Assembly: GCF_001194135.2 (NCBI RefSeq)
Contig: NC_068983.1
Location: 108,130,641-108,193,362, forward strand
Direction of reading: 5' to 3'
DNA: 62,722 nt
Source: Octopus bimaculoides
Lineage: Eukaryota
Below the pieces are notes generated by a model that ran no database searches, was not told where the DNA came from, and worked only from the letters and a program-made list of their open reading frames with translations. A program made the position numbers and the translations under genes. Positions 1 to 13,329 of this stretch are shown piece after piece. Positions within the stretch are counted from its first letter, which is position 1. Each line of letters starts with the position of its first letter.

Positions 1-81
<81 letters not shown>

Positions 82-120
82 ACATAGGCATACCTATTTC
101 TCTCTCTCTCTCCCTCTCTC
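1..120. repeat. Compound (TA)n/(TG)n/(CT)n microsatellite
   Basis: Direct reading of dinucleotide runs; explains the YIYI start of ORF 32..346. Confidence 0.95.
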
Positions 121-164
121 TGTATATATGTGCACCTTTTTTGTTCTCAAACTTTCATTTGCAG

Positions 165-278
165 TATCTCATGGTGTCATAGTTCTACGTGTCTCAATTA
201 ACACAGCAGTTACCCTCAACAGATTTTTCTGTAAACTAAGTGACTCTGACCATCAGCTATTTTTTGTTCAATTAACAT
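165..278 (+). CDS. Candidate internal coding exon, 114 nt, phase 1-1 (SHGVIVLRVSINTAVTLNRFFCKLSDSDHQLFFVQLT), product unknown
   Basis: Pyrimidine-rich acceptor ttttgttctcaaaactttcatttgcag, donor gtaagt at 279, only one frame open. No recognised homology. Confidence 0.3.
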
Positions 279-392
279 GTAAGTATTCTAGGTCAAGTTT
301 ATTCAAGGAACTAACATGTATACATAAGGTTTTGAAGTTTCCCTAAAATGTATCACGAATATAGTACATTAACAAACTCAAATATCAAATAC

Positions 393-790
393 TCAGGAAT
401 GGCTGTATGGTAAGTAGCTTGCTTACCAACCACATGGTTCCGGGTTCAGTCCCACTGTGTAGCACCTTGGGCAAGTGTCTTGTACTATAGCCTCAAGCCG
501 ACCAAAGCGTTGTGAGTGGATTTGGTAGATGGAAACTGAAAGAAGCCCGTCGTATATATGTGTATATATATATATATATGTGTGTTTGTGCGTCTGTGTT
601 TGCCCCCACAACATCGCTTGACAACCGATGCTGGTGTATTTACGTCCCCGTAACTTAGCGGTTCGGCAAAAGAGACCAACAGAATAAGTACTAGGCTTAC
701 AAATAGTAAGTCCTGGGGTCGATTTGCTAGACTAAAAGTGGTGCTCCAGCATGACTGCAGTCAAATGACTGAAACAAGTAAAAGAGTACA
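393..790 (+). mobile_element. tRNA-derived SINE (family A) with internal TA/TG microsatellite
   Basis: A-box-like tggctgtatggt (400-411), B-box-like ggttcagtccc (443-453), higher-GC body ending gaaacaagtaaaagag; resembles abundant octopus SINEs. Confidence 0.85.
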
Positions 791-1019
791 TGAGTACAAA
801 AGAAAATAAATCAAAACTGTTACTTGACTGAATGCTCCAATAAGTCATAATAGACTTAAATAGAGGGACATGTAATTCAATGAATGAATGCTATAATAAT
901 CCTTATTAATAACATCAAAATAGACATATTTTCAGAATATGCAGGAAGCAATTTCTCAGCCCTGTAGATTATTATTACTATTTATCTGATTAAGTATGAT
1001 AGATTAGTAGAATTTTTAG

Positions 1020-1195
1020 AGCATGAGTAAAAATGCATTGTAGTATTTGTTCTACATCTTTGCATTCGGAGTTCAAATCCCACTGAAGTATACTTTGCAT
1101 TTCAGGGTCAATAAAGAGTCAAACATTGGGCTCAATGGTTCTGACTACCCCAGCCACCTCAAAATTGCAGTCCTTATGCCTAATTTAGTAATCAG
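1020..1195 (+). mobile_element. Degenerate SINE (family B)
   Basis: cggagttcaaatcc B-box, then actttgcatttc...ggtcaataaa matching better copies at 18545, 34655 and 36158. Confidence 0.6.
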
Positions 1196-1554
1196 AGTTA
1201 ATCCAATGAAGTTCTCTAGCAAACACATTTCACATTTAATAATAAATATATAAAGGTTAAGTGAAATGCACTTTTAAGATATATGTAAAACTTTCTGCAA
1301 ACATAATCTTACACACAAATATATATATAATTGGCCCAATAAACAGCAGTATGTATGTCTATGCATAATTAATGCTGCTATGCTCTTAGCAATATATGCA
1401 TACATGAATGAAGAAAAATCTTACTTAAATATATATCTTTATATATTTAAAAGTTTGCATAGTTATAGTTTAGTTCTTCAGTTATCTAATTAATCAATGA
1501 TATGCAAATTCAAGTCACAAACATGGGGAAAAGTTAGCAAGCATAGCATGTTAC

Positions 1555-1621
1555 CCTATTGCTAAAATATCTCCTATAGCTGTAGTTGAAAGATGAAGAT
1601 GTGAGCAATGGATCATACAAG
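1555..1621 (-). CDS. Candidate small exon, 67 nt (CMIHCSHLHLSTTAIGDILAIG, or an alternative open frame)
   Basis: Minus-strand acceptor tttctaatcatcttaatag, donor gtaaca; two frames open, so the frame is uncertain. Confidence 0.2.
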
Positions 1622-2220
1622 CTATTAAGATGATTAGAAATGATGTAAAATACAATGCAAAAAAGTATATTACATCACCCACGTATGGTGCAGGTGAGGG
1701 GGGGGGGGCTAGAAGTTTTTTCGTTAAGTGCACCACATAATTCTTACACTATGGAATTTTATATTCATAAAATGAAACACTAAATATTAACACACACAAA
1801 TGCATGAATTTTAGTTTTCTACATCATTACAATATTTATATATGAGAGAAAAAAAATAACCAACATATATTTTTCATGTAGCTGCATAAATATTTAAAAT
1901 AGATAAAGAGTAAATGTATTTAAAATGTACAAGAATAAAATATAAAATAAATTTTAAAATTATACATCATCATTAACCAATATATTGTTTGCTTTTCTGT
2001 TTTTGGCATAGGTAGGTCATATACATCACTTCACAAACTTATTAAGTGTCTTGTAATGTTTTATATGTATCAAAGTAAATATAAAAGCTGGTACAATACA
2101 ACATTCCTACAACAGATATGTTCAAATAGTGTTATTACTCGTAGCATTGTATTAATCTATGCATGCTACACACAGAAGAACCTCATCAGCATAAACTTAA
2201 GGAAGGAAATATTTCATTAC

Positions 2221-2256
2221 GTTGATAATTTCCCAATTCTGTGATAGAAAGTGTAG
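2221..2256 (-). CDS. Candidate micro-exon, 36 nt (TLSITELGNYQ), phase 1-1
   Basis: Acceptor ttagatttcag, donor gtaatg; phase-compatible with 1555-1621. Confidence 0.15.
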
Positions 2257-2599
2257 CTGAAATCTAACCAGAAAACAACGAAGTGAACATTATTTAGCCA
2301 CCTGCATCTAGCTAGTGTACTGCATATGATTATTATAATATTTGGTAAATTGTTATTTTAAAACCAAATTTGATACATCTATTCAGAACGTATCAATAAA
2401 TTAGAAAGCATACAATTTTCTTGTTGCTTAAGAAAAAGCGCACGTGGTAGGATTGAAACCCAAGAGGAATAAAGGAACAAATCTACTTAGGATGAATTAA
2501 AAAGTAAATGTGAAAACTATGTTCATATATACACAAATTATTTAAATACAGTAAGTCAAATGCATAAAAGTCAATGTATATATATCAATGAATTAATAC

Positions 2600-2742
2600 G
2601 TGTATGAATATGCACACTATATATACATATATATATGCACACACACATATATATACACACACACACATACACACACATATACACATGCATGCACCCACAC
2701 CTATATTATATTACACCATATCATATCACATCACATCATATC

Positions 2743-2777
<35 letters not shown>

Positions 2778-3074
2778 NNNNNNNNNNNNNNNNNNNNNNN
2801 NNNNNNNNNNNNNNNNNNNNNNNNNNNNNNNNNNNNNNNNNNNNNNNNNNNNNNNNNNNNNNNNNNNNNNNNNNNNNNNNNNNNNNNNNNNNNNNNNNNN
2901 NNNNNNNNNNNNNNNNNNNNNNNNNNNNNNNNNNNNNNNNNNNNNNNNNNNNNNNNNNNNNNNNNNNNNNNNNNNNNNNNNNNNNNNNNNNNNNNNNNNN
3001 NNNNNNNNNNNNNNNNNNNNNNNNNNNNNNNNNNNNNNNNNNNNNNNNNNNNNNNNNNNNNNNNNNNNNNNNNN

Positions 3075-3122
<48 letters not shown>
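2600..3122. repeat. (TA)/(CA)/(CATAT) microsatellite block containing assembly gap N 2778-3074
   Basis: Direct reading. Confidence 0.95.
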
Positions 3123-3124
<2 letters not shown>

Positions 3125-4959
3125 GTACTGTGCAGTCATAAATTCTAGATTCTGGTAACCTGATGTAAAAAACAATATATCAAAATATTTCTAAAACATT
3201 TTTTTAAAGGAATTTAAACAACAGAACAAATAAAATTTTACTTCCAAAATATTTAGAGGAATTTTTCAATTAACAAAATTTGTTTGTAGAATACTCACAC
3301 AAGGTACACTAAATACACATATGAATTTACATATCAACTATACTTCTAATATCTGTAGTATTTTAAATATTCCAAGTCTAAAACCTCAATATATATATAT
3401 ATTTATTAAATATGTATGGCAAATTGAGGAATTTGATATAAAGTTAATAATGTATTATAATACTACACACACATTTACAATATTTCAAATTCAATATTTT
3501 ATTTGAGTTTTCATATTTTCCTCCATAGTGGAAAAATATTTCTCAAAAGGATGGAAAATGAACAATAAAAAAGTGGTTATTTATGTCAACCGAAGAAGAA
3601 TTTTTATTTGAAGGCCAAATAAAATAACAAAAGCCAGTATATGAAGATATATCTCATTTAATTAAAATGAAATACTAAACAGTTATTTTAAATTAGAATT
3701 ATGAAGTAAAGTAATGATTTCTTACATTGGCATAAAGCATTGAAAAATAAAATAATAGAAACATAAGTGATTATGGAATTGCTGCATCTCTCAGAGACTG
3801 AGAACAGCAGGTACCAACTACAAATGAAAAAACGGCAGGCACCAACAGGAAAATATTTAGCATTGTATATTTTATATATAGAGAGATAGATACAGGCAGG
3901 TAGGTATGTCTTTACTTATATATCTGTTGAACACACACACACAGACATATATATATATATTTATGTAAGTATGCTGTATTCATGTTCAACAGATACACAT
4001 TTGCACAAGCATATTCTCTTTACAGTAGTTACAGCATGGAAGCTGTAGAATGTTATATAGTCTCCTCTGTGAGAGAAAGAAAAATTCATTATTTGTATAG
4101 ATGTTAAAGGGTGATAAAAACCGAAGAATTGAATTTTAGAAGCAAAAAAAATCAACAAACCAAACAGAAAATGGTGAATATGATTTTTCTTGCTGTAATT
4201 TATTGAGGTAAGCATCTTATTTAAAACATTTTTCCAGTAAAAATGCTCATTTTTAGTTTTATTAGACAAACCTAAAATATATATAAATATTGAGTAAGAG
4301 TGAGGAAGAAAAACATTATTCTTTACTTCAGTCGTAAAAGTATTAAGCAACAAAATAAGTGTGCAATTTCAGTATATCTTACACATAAACAAAGCATTTA
4401 ATTCTATATCACACAAGTTTAACTTCACAAGTGAAGATAAGAGCAGACTGTATATCAAATGTCATGCTTCAAAAGGAACACAACTAGCATTCTAGCCTTG
4501 TTTTAGAACATACGAGAAATGGGCAAAAATAGGAAATTCACTTCAACACAGAAATCAATACTACCGTTCACTTGATAACTTCCGTACATTGTAATATCAC
4601 TGCTGATACTAGCGTATAGCATTAGCAATATCACATATTTTACAAAACTATCTTCTCTCTCGCAAGAGCCAAGCAACATATTTCTTAAAAAGCAAGTGTA
4701 GTAGATATTTAAAACAAGGTGAGTGGGAAGTGTTAATAAATGATAAGCACACAACCGGCTCATTTGGATAAAGATTATCACATTGAAATGCTACATGACC
4801 TACTGGCAAGTTGATTATAATCCAAGTAAAATGAAAAGAAGGAAAAGAGAAAGTGACAACTTAGCTTTCCATTAGTAAGATATCCTTTTTTTTTTTTTTT
4901 TCAAACTGAATAATTTTCTATAACAATAGGAATAGAGCACAAGCATTATGAAGACTTAC

Positions 4960-5133
4960 AAACAAATTTCGAATAGTGCCATTTTCATTTAGGTGTTGGA
5001 AGCAACTCAAAGAGCAATGTAGTAGTTCAGTTGAAGGAGCGCTCTCTCTCTGAAAAGAACTGTGATTAATGAGCTGTAATCTACAATACATAGAACAAGT
5101 AGTAACAAGAAATTTCAGCTCACACATTGCTAC
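4960..5133 (-). CDS. Candidate coding exon, 174 nt, phase 0-0 (VAMCELKFLVTTCSMYCRLQLINHSSFQRESAPSTELLHCSLSCFQHLNENGTIRNLF), product unknown
   Basis: Acceptor gcttagttttcatag, consensus donor gtaagt, 58 open codons, only one frame open, more GC than flanks. Confidence 0.45.
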
Positions 5134-6530
5134 CTATGAAAACTAAGCAACAGACTTCATATTATGTAGACAATTACCAATAATATGTGGTTGGGAATAC
5201 TTGCATTTAATCCAAAGAAAAATGTAATAGAATCAGCAATCTGAAATGTGGATGTGGTCATAAGTAATTTTCATTTTGGCTGCAGAACAGTTCAGTCTTA
5301 GTTACTTTGTTACTGCATTACAAACTAACTAGACATATTGGTGAAAATTATTCCACTACTTAAAAAAATATATTTTTATATCAGTGTTATTTTCAAAGGA
5401 ATTTATAGGAATCAGAACAATAACCTATTTGATTAAATTTTCTCTAAAATATTTCTACCTCGTCTAAACCACCCAACATCTTTACTTAAAGAAAAAAATA
5501 TATTTCATATATAATGTAATGAACAGTTCTTACTCTTTCATTTGAATGGATTAACAAATAAATTATGGAATATGTGGCAAATAAAGTTACTTATATGAAT
5601 GTACTAATCATAACCTTGATATTTTTTCCAGCAGTGAAATACAGTAATTGATATTCACCACTAAAATTAATTAAATTTTTTTCTTTCTTGATTTTTTTCC
5701 TCAAAAATTGGCTACTTCATTTAAGAAAATTTTAGTAATCATATTTATTATCTGAAATAAAATAAAAAAAGAATAAAACAAATTTAATGTACAGAAATTT
5801 ACACAAGGCTGGTGTGAAATTAAAAATAGATATATGTGTGAAAAGGATATATTTACTACTACTTCTTACCACCAAACCTAAGCATTAATTTGTTACTAAA
5901 CTGATTTACCTAAAAGACCACTAAGATTTAAACAAATAAAATACAGGAATATTTTTTTTATTCTAATAAATAAATAAGTACAAAGTTAATTTAGATAACT
6001 TTAGGGTTGTTGTATATTAGGTAAAATGTATTGTATGCTACTGTTTCACAAGTTTGCTTACATATGTACTGCAAAGAAGTATATCTTCCTTAAATCTACA
6101 AGCACTAAGGTGTTTACTGTTCTGCTATAAATTTAGATAAGCTGAATACAATACACTTCCTGGATTCTCAGAGAATTTGTTGCAGTTATTATATCATATT
6201 TATACATTATTTTGGCTGGCTGTCAATTTAGAATAGAACAACAACATGCATAAATGAAAAGTCAACAGGAAGAACTTATAAGAAAGTGAAGACCACAGGA
6301 AAAGACCTGTTGTTTGGATGGAATTAGATTCCTGTATTTTTGCAACAAAATAGAGAACATTTTAATTGGGTATTTGGAGCTTAATCAAGACTGGGGAAAA
6401 TGTACAATTTGATCAATATTCATATAGAAGCAATAGAAGTATTAAGAATATGGAACACAATCAGGTCTGACATATCTTTTCTGAAAATACAAACAGTGGT
6501 CATAGTTTCAAATGGCAATTTTTGTATTAA

Positions 6531-6602
6531 TGTATGTGGAAGGATATGTATGTGGAAGGATATGTATGTGGAAGGATATGTATGTGGAAGGATATGCATG
6601 TG
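6531..6602. repeat. 16-bp minisatellite (TGTATGTGGAAGGATA) x4 plus partial copy
   Basis: Four identical units read directly. Confidence 0.95.
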
Positions 6603-7111
6603 CTTGTGATATATAATAAGAGTCTCTTTCAAATAGAAAATGTTCTTCCAAATTTACTTTTAAATTTTAGCAAATAACCTGTTTAGCAATTTGATGTTAA
6701 AAAAAAAAAACTACCTCAAATTATTTTATCATAAGAGCTATATGAAACTCAGTATTTTAATCAAACAACTATTAGTCAAGTCAAAACTATTTGTTGTTTT
6801 TAAGTGTGTCATTCCTCCAAATTTCCTCAGTAGTCACCAAAAAGAGAGCTTCAAAATGGTCGGTCAATCAGCTAAAAATAGTAAACAAATCTACCTCAAA
6901 TCACACCCTATCATTTTGAATAAACAAAGCATTCATTATAATCCTACATACCTATAAAAATGTAAGAATGCTTTTTCAATCATGTCTGCTTGTTCAGGTT
7001 GAATAACAGTTATCTCTAAACAAGTTGGTAGGGAACTTCTACTGGGAAAGTTGACCTGCTAGAAATAATAACCAAATCTCTTTCAAATCTCACCACACAT
7101 TTTTGAAAGAA

Positions 7112-7421
7112 GAAACTGGCACTCCATTGGTTATGATGAGGGTTCCAGTTGATCTGATCAATGGAACAGCCTGCTCATGAAATTAATGTGCAAGTGGGTG
7201 AGCACTCCACAGACACACATATCCTTAACATAGTTCTCAGAGAGATTCAGCATGAAACAGAATGTGACAAGGCTGGCTCTTTGAATTTTTGCCAGCTGAA
7301 ATGACTGGAGAAGCGTGAAATAAAGTGTCTTGCTCAAGGATACAATGCACCACTGGGAAGTGAACTTCAGCCCTTATGACTGTAAGCCAAATATCCTAAC
7401 TACTAAGCCACATGCCTTCAC
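7112..7421 (-). mobile_element. tRNA-derived SINE (family C)
   Basis: Minus strand begins gtgaaggcatgtggcttagtagttagg (A-box-like), then a decayed B-box and ccttgagcaagacacttt; head shared with 7620-7841. Confidence 0.7.
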
Positions 7422-7619
7422 TAAAAGAAGGACAAATTGAATAATGTAAACTTAGATATATTATATCTGGAATGAAGATGAAAGGACAAGATAGGAACAT
7501 CTTTCATCATATGTTTGCTCAATCAGAACTAAGGGTTTTAAAAATAATTGTCACTTGCATAGAATATAGAGGTGTTTTGAACCTTACGTGGTGGGGGGGG
7601 GGCTTAATCCAAATTATTC

Positions 7620-7841
7620 TGTAAGGGGTATAGGGCTGGTTTCCTGGTTTCTATATTCTTCCTTAGATGGGACACTAGTCCATTGCAAGATTAGTCATTT
7701 TTTATCAGCTGAGTGGACTGGGGCAATGTGAAATGAAGCGTTTTACTCAAGAATACAACACACTGCTTGGTCTAGGAATCAAAATCCCAATTTTACAATC
7801 ATGAGTCCAACACTCTAACTGTTAAGCCATGCACCTTCACT
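7620..7841 (-). mobile_element. tRNA-derived SINE, family C head with a different tail
   Basis: Minus strand gtgaaggtgcatggcttaacagttagagtgttggactcatgatt...tgattcc, then ttgagtaaaacgcttcatttcac...ccagtccactcagctg. Confidence 0.65.
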
Positions 7842-9500
7842 TTTGTACCTTATACCATGCATTAAAGATCACAAATGACAGCATTACAACATTTATGAAG
7901 ATATTTTGATTTCATTACGAGGTCTAATAAGAATGCTTCTTCAAAATTTAGCAAAGGTACTTGGAAATTAAAAATTCTTATTCAAACTCTTGGAATTTTA
8001 GCTTAGGCTGAAAATTTCAAGGATCAAATATAAATCTACAAATGAATAGTTCAATTCCTGCCAGTCAGAATTGCATATCTTCCTTTTCATCCACACCTGT
8101 GTTTGTTTAGTGTACACTCAAGTATATGTTTCTATTTTTCCATTAACATTCTTACCTCAGTGATAACTACCTTATATTACAATCAACAAGGAGTTTCCTT
8201 TAATTTTCATCACTTCATTCAATTTCAGTCTTCTCTCATGTGAACAATTCCGTGACTACTTTAATTCCCAGCCATCTTCATAGCTTACTGAACACATTCA
8301 TTTCATCACACAGATATTGCACAAACAGTAGATTGCAATCATACTAATCTCAAAGGAAAAGTATAAATGTTTAAAATATAAATGATTTAAATACTTATAA
8401 ATAGGAAAAAAATAATACTAATAGCAAGAATATTCTTCATATTACAAATTGGCAGAGGAAATTAGAAAGCTTCTAGTAAGCCAAAATAGTTTTGCATTTA
8501 TATTAGTGGAAAAATATGGACTCATGAATTTCAAATTTTTAGTTCCCTAAAAGTAATAAATGTTAAAATTTAGCAATGGTAAATATTTTGAAGAGAAAAG
8601 GGGTAGATTGAGCATGGCTTAATTTACTGATTTACATTACAAGAGAAAATGTCCAGTAAACATTTGAATATATAACACTAATTGATCACATCACACACAG
8701 ACACAGACACACACACACACACACACGCATATCTTTTTGGAAAATTAACTGCTGTTGTTACTTTTATATTAAGTTACCTATAATTATATTTGCTTTAACT
8801 TTTAATTCATTGTATTTTACTTGAACATATCCAACACAAGAAGTAGATTGCTGTGGTTATATAGTCTTGCAAAGTTAACGTGAGGCAATATATACACAGT
8901 GCATCAATATGTTGTGGTTGCTTATCATAATCTATGACCTAGTTTAATACAACCATTTGGTCCTTGGACACCTTTCATGGAATATGCTTTGGAACAAACA
9001 GTTAGGCCAGGGTTTTGATCTGAGGATAACCTCTAAAGCAGCTCCAATCAAGTAAACCTTGAAGGAACATTCAGCACATTAGACAATAAATTCAATATAC
9101 TACAACAAAATCCAAAATCTTCCACAAAAGCAAGCTTTTACCAACATCTAATCTTGATAAATGAGATCTACAGTAAAGGATAACTTCCTACTTTCTTCTC
9201 ATTAGTCTGAGAGAGCTCGGAAAGGGTGATGGGTGCTACACTTTCTCATATGTTTAAGCCATTAATAAAGAATATTCAGTACCTGCATTATACTAAAACT
9301 GGAATCATTTCTCCTAGTTTATTTAGATATTGAACCTAAACAAATGAAAGGCCGATACAAATTTGGTCAGATATGGGCTCAGAGAAATCAAATTATTTGA
9401 TATAGTTAATTTGGCACTAATAATATGGCACTAATTTGCCATAGACTTATGTTATGGAGTTCATGTTATTAAAAAAATATTATTTTTCTGATGTTTTATA

Positions 9501-10570
9501 CAACCAGGTGATAAACGAAGGAGTCATACCCACTGACTGGTGTAGCAACACCATAGTCAACTGCTACAACAGTAAAGGTGACGCTTTAGATACAAATAAT
9601 TACAGAGGTATCAAGTTGTTGGACCAGGTAATGAAAGTCACGGAGAGAGTCATAGCCCAACTAATTAGGGAGAGAGTCAGTTTAGATGAGATGCAGTTTG
9701 GATTCATGCCAGGGAAAAGCACCACTTATGCTATATTTATGGTAAGGCAGCTGCAGGAGAAATACCTAGCCAAAGATAAACCTCTGTACCTGGCTTTCGT
9801 TGACATAGAGAAAGCCTTTGACAGGGACCCTGATCCCGTATATGGTGGTCAGTGAGGAAACTAGGGATAGAAGAATGGTCAGTGAGAGCTGTGCAAGCCA
9901 TGTACAGAGACGCTGTCAGTAAGGTGAGGGTTGGCAATGAGTACAGTGAAGAATTCTGGATAGAGGTAGGGGTCCACCAAGGTTCAGTCCCCAGCCCCCT
10001 CCTATTTATCATAGTCCTCCAGGCAATCACACAGGAATTCAAGATAGGATGCCCCTGGGAGCTCCTCTATGCTGATGACCTTGCGCTAATTGCTGAGTCA
10101 CTATCAGAACTAGAGAAGTTTCAGGTGTGGAAGCAAGGACTAGAATCGAAGGGCCTTAGAGTCAACCTAGCTAAAACCAAAGTCCTAATAAGTAGGAAGG
10201 TAGACAAAACACAAACCCCTTCAGGTAGATGGCCCTGCTCAATCTGTAGAAAAGGCGTAGGTAGAAACTCTAAAAGATGTACCCAGTGTAAGCTATGGAC
10301 ACATAAGAGGTGCAGCAACATCAAAGGAAGGTTAACTAGGAACTTAGTTTTTGTATGTGGCAGATGTTCAGGAGCAATAAACACTGAAAATGGGCAGAAA
10401 ACAACTTCTGCCACATTCCAGGGAGAAAAACTAGACATAGTTGATAGCTTCTGCTATCTAGGTGACCAAGTTAGTAGTGGGGGAGGGTGCGCTAAAAGTG
10501 TAGCTGCTAGAATAAGAATAGCCTGGGCAAAGTTCAGAGAGCTCTTACCTCTGCTGGCGACAAAGGGCCC
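9501..10570 (+). mobile_element. RTE-clade non-LTR retrotransposon, truncated RT with one frameshift near 9840 and a PHD-like Cys/His insert
   Basis: RT motifs NYRGIKLL, QFGFMPGKST, LAFVDIEKAFD, GVHQGSVPSPLLF, LLYADDL (10068-10079), FCYLGD; CSIC...CTQC...HKRC...CGRC at 10236-10367. Confidence 0.93.
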
Positions 10571-12579
10571 TTGTTTAATGTGCTGAATATTCCTTCAAGG
10601 TTTACTTAATTGGAGCTGCTTTAGAAGAAGACTGCAAGTACTTGGCAATAAGGGAGTGAGTGATTTTCTAAAGAATATTGATAGTAGTTCTAATTTTTTC
10701 ATTAAGTTTTCTAATAATTCTCTGCTATTATAATTTTCTAGATTGTTTAGTGGTGATTTTTAATGAGTTGTACTGATTTTTCTGTGATAATTTTAACTTT
10801 ACAACAGTATATGGATTTAGATTTCCTAATGCAATCATTGCTGCCACTTTATCTTCAATAGCAAATATGTCCAAGTTATAGTTTTCTTTTTATGACTAGG
10901 AGCATGCTAAATTATCCAGACTTATAGTTACTTGCTGAAAGTTATAGATAAGACTTGTATATATCAGCTAGTTATTAAGCATGTTATTACAAACAGTGTT
11001 AGGCTTTTATCCCTGACTAGATCTACATACAATAGATGTGTTAATGAGAGTAAATGATTCATTCAATCATAACAGTAACAACTGTATTGCATAACACAGT
11101 TGTTTTAGGCTTGATGTATATGGTACCAATTTTAAATGTAAATATACACACACATATTCAAACCCTTACACAATTCATGACTGAATTATTTCTAAATTAG
11201 GTAACATTTGAAATCACCAACAAATGCTTGAACATACCAGGAGTCCTCTAAAACACTTCCTAGATGGTACTTACACTCACTTTTGAGACAAATTCGAAAC
11301 AAAAGACACACAAATAACTGCAATATCAATTGCCTTACTACATCTAGACTCAGTGTCATCTTCTCAGAAAGAAAGAAGTTACATTGTTACATACTTACCA
11401 CTTTGCTATGTCCACTACAGCTACTCTAGAGCCTTTGATTAATCAACTACTCTACATGACAAATGTAGGTTTAGATCAGAAGCATAACATATACTTAGTG
11501 TTGAACTTGTAAGTTATTCTAAAGTGATCTCTTGGTAGCTTTGTCCTTTAAGTGAGACATACTAATCAGAGATATGAAATAACAGCTATGTATATTTTTG
11601 GTCTTTTAAAATGTCAAATATTGAGACTGTAAACACAAGGGAAACTGAATAACTTTCTGCACACTGAAATTACTATCTTGAATGCCTGATAGAAAGAAAA
11701 AAAAGAACGCTAAAAATATTCATTCACGACATAAAAATATGTTCAAGAGATATAGCCAACTAATTTTATGTAAATTATTTCAGGAGGAATTATTTGCTTC
11801 AGCCATTTATCTCAACAGTACTTCAAGTGTTCCATATCTTATCAATATGCAGACATGTCTAGCATAGTAAAGATAAATTTTATGTTTTGGAAGTAACAGC
11901 TGGAAGCAGTACCATGAATTGTTAGTAGATAGCATCAACAGTAGAGGTAGGTCACTCAAAAGGTTGGTTAGAGCAGTGAAACTGACCATAGTAATTTTCA
12001 GTTGAGAGGAATAAAAAAAAAAACATCTGGACTGATGCCAATTTCAAGATAAGCATAAAGTTGTTGGTAGAGAGTTCTATAACCCTCTCTAAAAAAAAAA
12101 ATGTTATTACTTAAATTGCTGATACCTTTCTATCCCATAGCACTAATTTATATCTGGATGGATTTGGCTTCATTTATATATTGGATACAGTAATACTATT
12201 AAGAAGATACAAACTGCCAAACCTTTAACTCAGCATGAAAGTTCCAGCAAGGAAGCTTCTTATTAGAATTTTAAGTTTTGTTTTGCACTTTTAGCTTTCA
12301 CTTGATCATTTGGGATCAGAGTTAAAGAGATGAATAAAGATGCTAAGATTGTCAATCTTAAATACAAAATTAAACTGAAACTCAAGCAAGAAGTATTTTA
12401 ATTCTATGCAGTAGCTGACATTCTATAAAATACAAGAATGCCTATAAAATAAAATTGCTTTTATATTGCAATCTTTGGTAGCTTGTCTTAAAATTCACCA
12501 TTGCTCATCCTCTTTGGCCTATTGTCATGCATCTTCTATGAATATTACTGTAATGTTCTTAACTCTTCCAATATATTAC

Positions 12580-12650
12580 CTTTGCCAAAAACTAGATATT
12601 TGAAGCAATTGCTCGTACCAGAGATGTCCTTAAAGGGGTACTCTAGTCTG
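12580..12650 (-). CDS. Candidate exon, 71 nt, phase 2-1 (RLEYPFKDISGTSNCFKYLVFGK)
   Basis: Acceptor ttttgtattcacattcag, donor AAG|gtaata, only one frame open. Confidence 0.25.
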
Positions 12651-13110
12651 CTGAATGTGAATACAAAATGCAAATATCTATCTTTTCAATCTTCTTTCAA
12701 TATAACAATGAAAAATAATTAAGACAGCTATCATACATACATTTTTATATAAACATTTTTATGCTTAACTCAGTTTTCTTCTAGTTAATTGTACTTATAT
12801 TTGTATAGTTTTAAATGTTAATATTATGAAAAATGAAGAAACCAAAAGCAAAATATATAATAGGCTACTGTGTGTGGAAAATGGTATAACATAACTGTGT
12901 ATGTATTCATGTTTTGTAAAATTTTAGCAAATGCTCAATGACAGTGTAACATATTTGATGTACTCCTAAATATAAATACTTGAAGTTAAAGAATATTTTG
13001 CAAATATTTCATAGATTGAAAATTTTCCAATTATAAATTTTCAAATAGAATTGAGAAACAAAATGGAACAACACTATATTGATTTTTAAAACAACATAAA
13101 TATCCTTTAA

Positions 13111-13329
13111 CCCTTCAGCATTTAAACTGGTCATATTTGGCCCAAATATCCCACATGTTTTATGTTCAAGCCAGGTAGATCAGGCCTCTCACACCTACCT
13201 ACAATATCATTCCAAAAATAAATACTCATATCATCAAAATCATGAAGCTATGAAATAATGCATAATTAGTTCAAAACAATATGAATAAATAAGCATTACA
13301 TTTAACAGAATAATTTGAATGCTAAAGGG
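13111..13329. mobile_element. piggyBac-type MITE (CCCT...AGGG termini)
   Basis: TIRs cccttcagcatttaaa / tttgaatgctaaaggg; left TTAA at 13107-13110 intact, right target site decayed; second copy in opposite orientation at 57262. Confidence 0.8.

Noticed and set aside
393-460. tRNA gene at SINE heads (also 7350-7421, 18545-18625)
   Set aside because: A/B-box-like motifs continue into SINE bodies and no complete cloverleaf is evident.
1696-1708. Poly-G runs here and at about 7591-7602 as G-quadruplex candidates
   Set aside because: Single short homopolymers without four separate G-tracts; length is also unreliable in short-read assemblies.
2600-3175. Long ORFs rich in YI/HT/CV or X (also 16189-16743, 17195-17618, 40622-40996, 43211-43526, 44090-45046, 60618-61133)
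   Set aside because: Artefacts of dinucleotide microsatellites and N gaps, which contain no stop codons.
4960-5133. Assignment of candidate exons to CFAP54 or VPS13B
   Set aside because: Only scattered residue matches from memory, and exon order was inconsistent; no gene symbol is justified.
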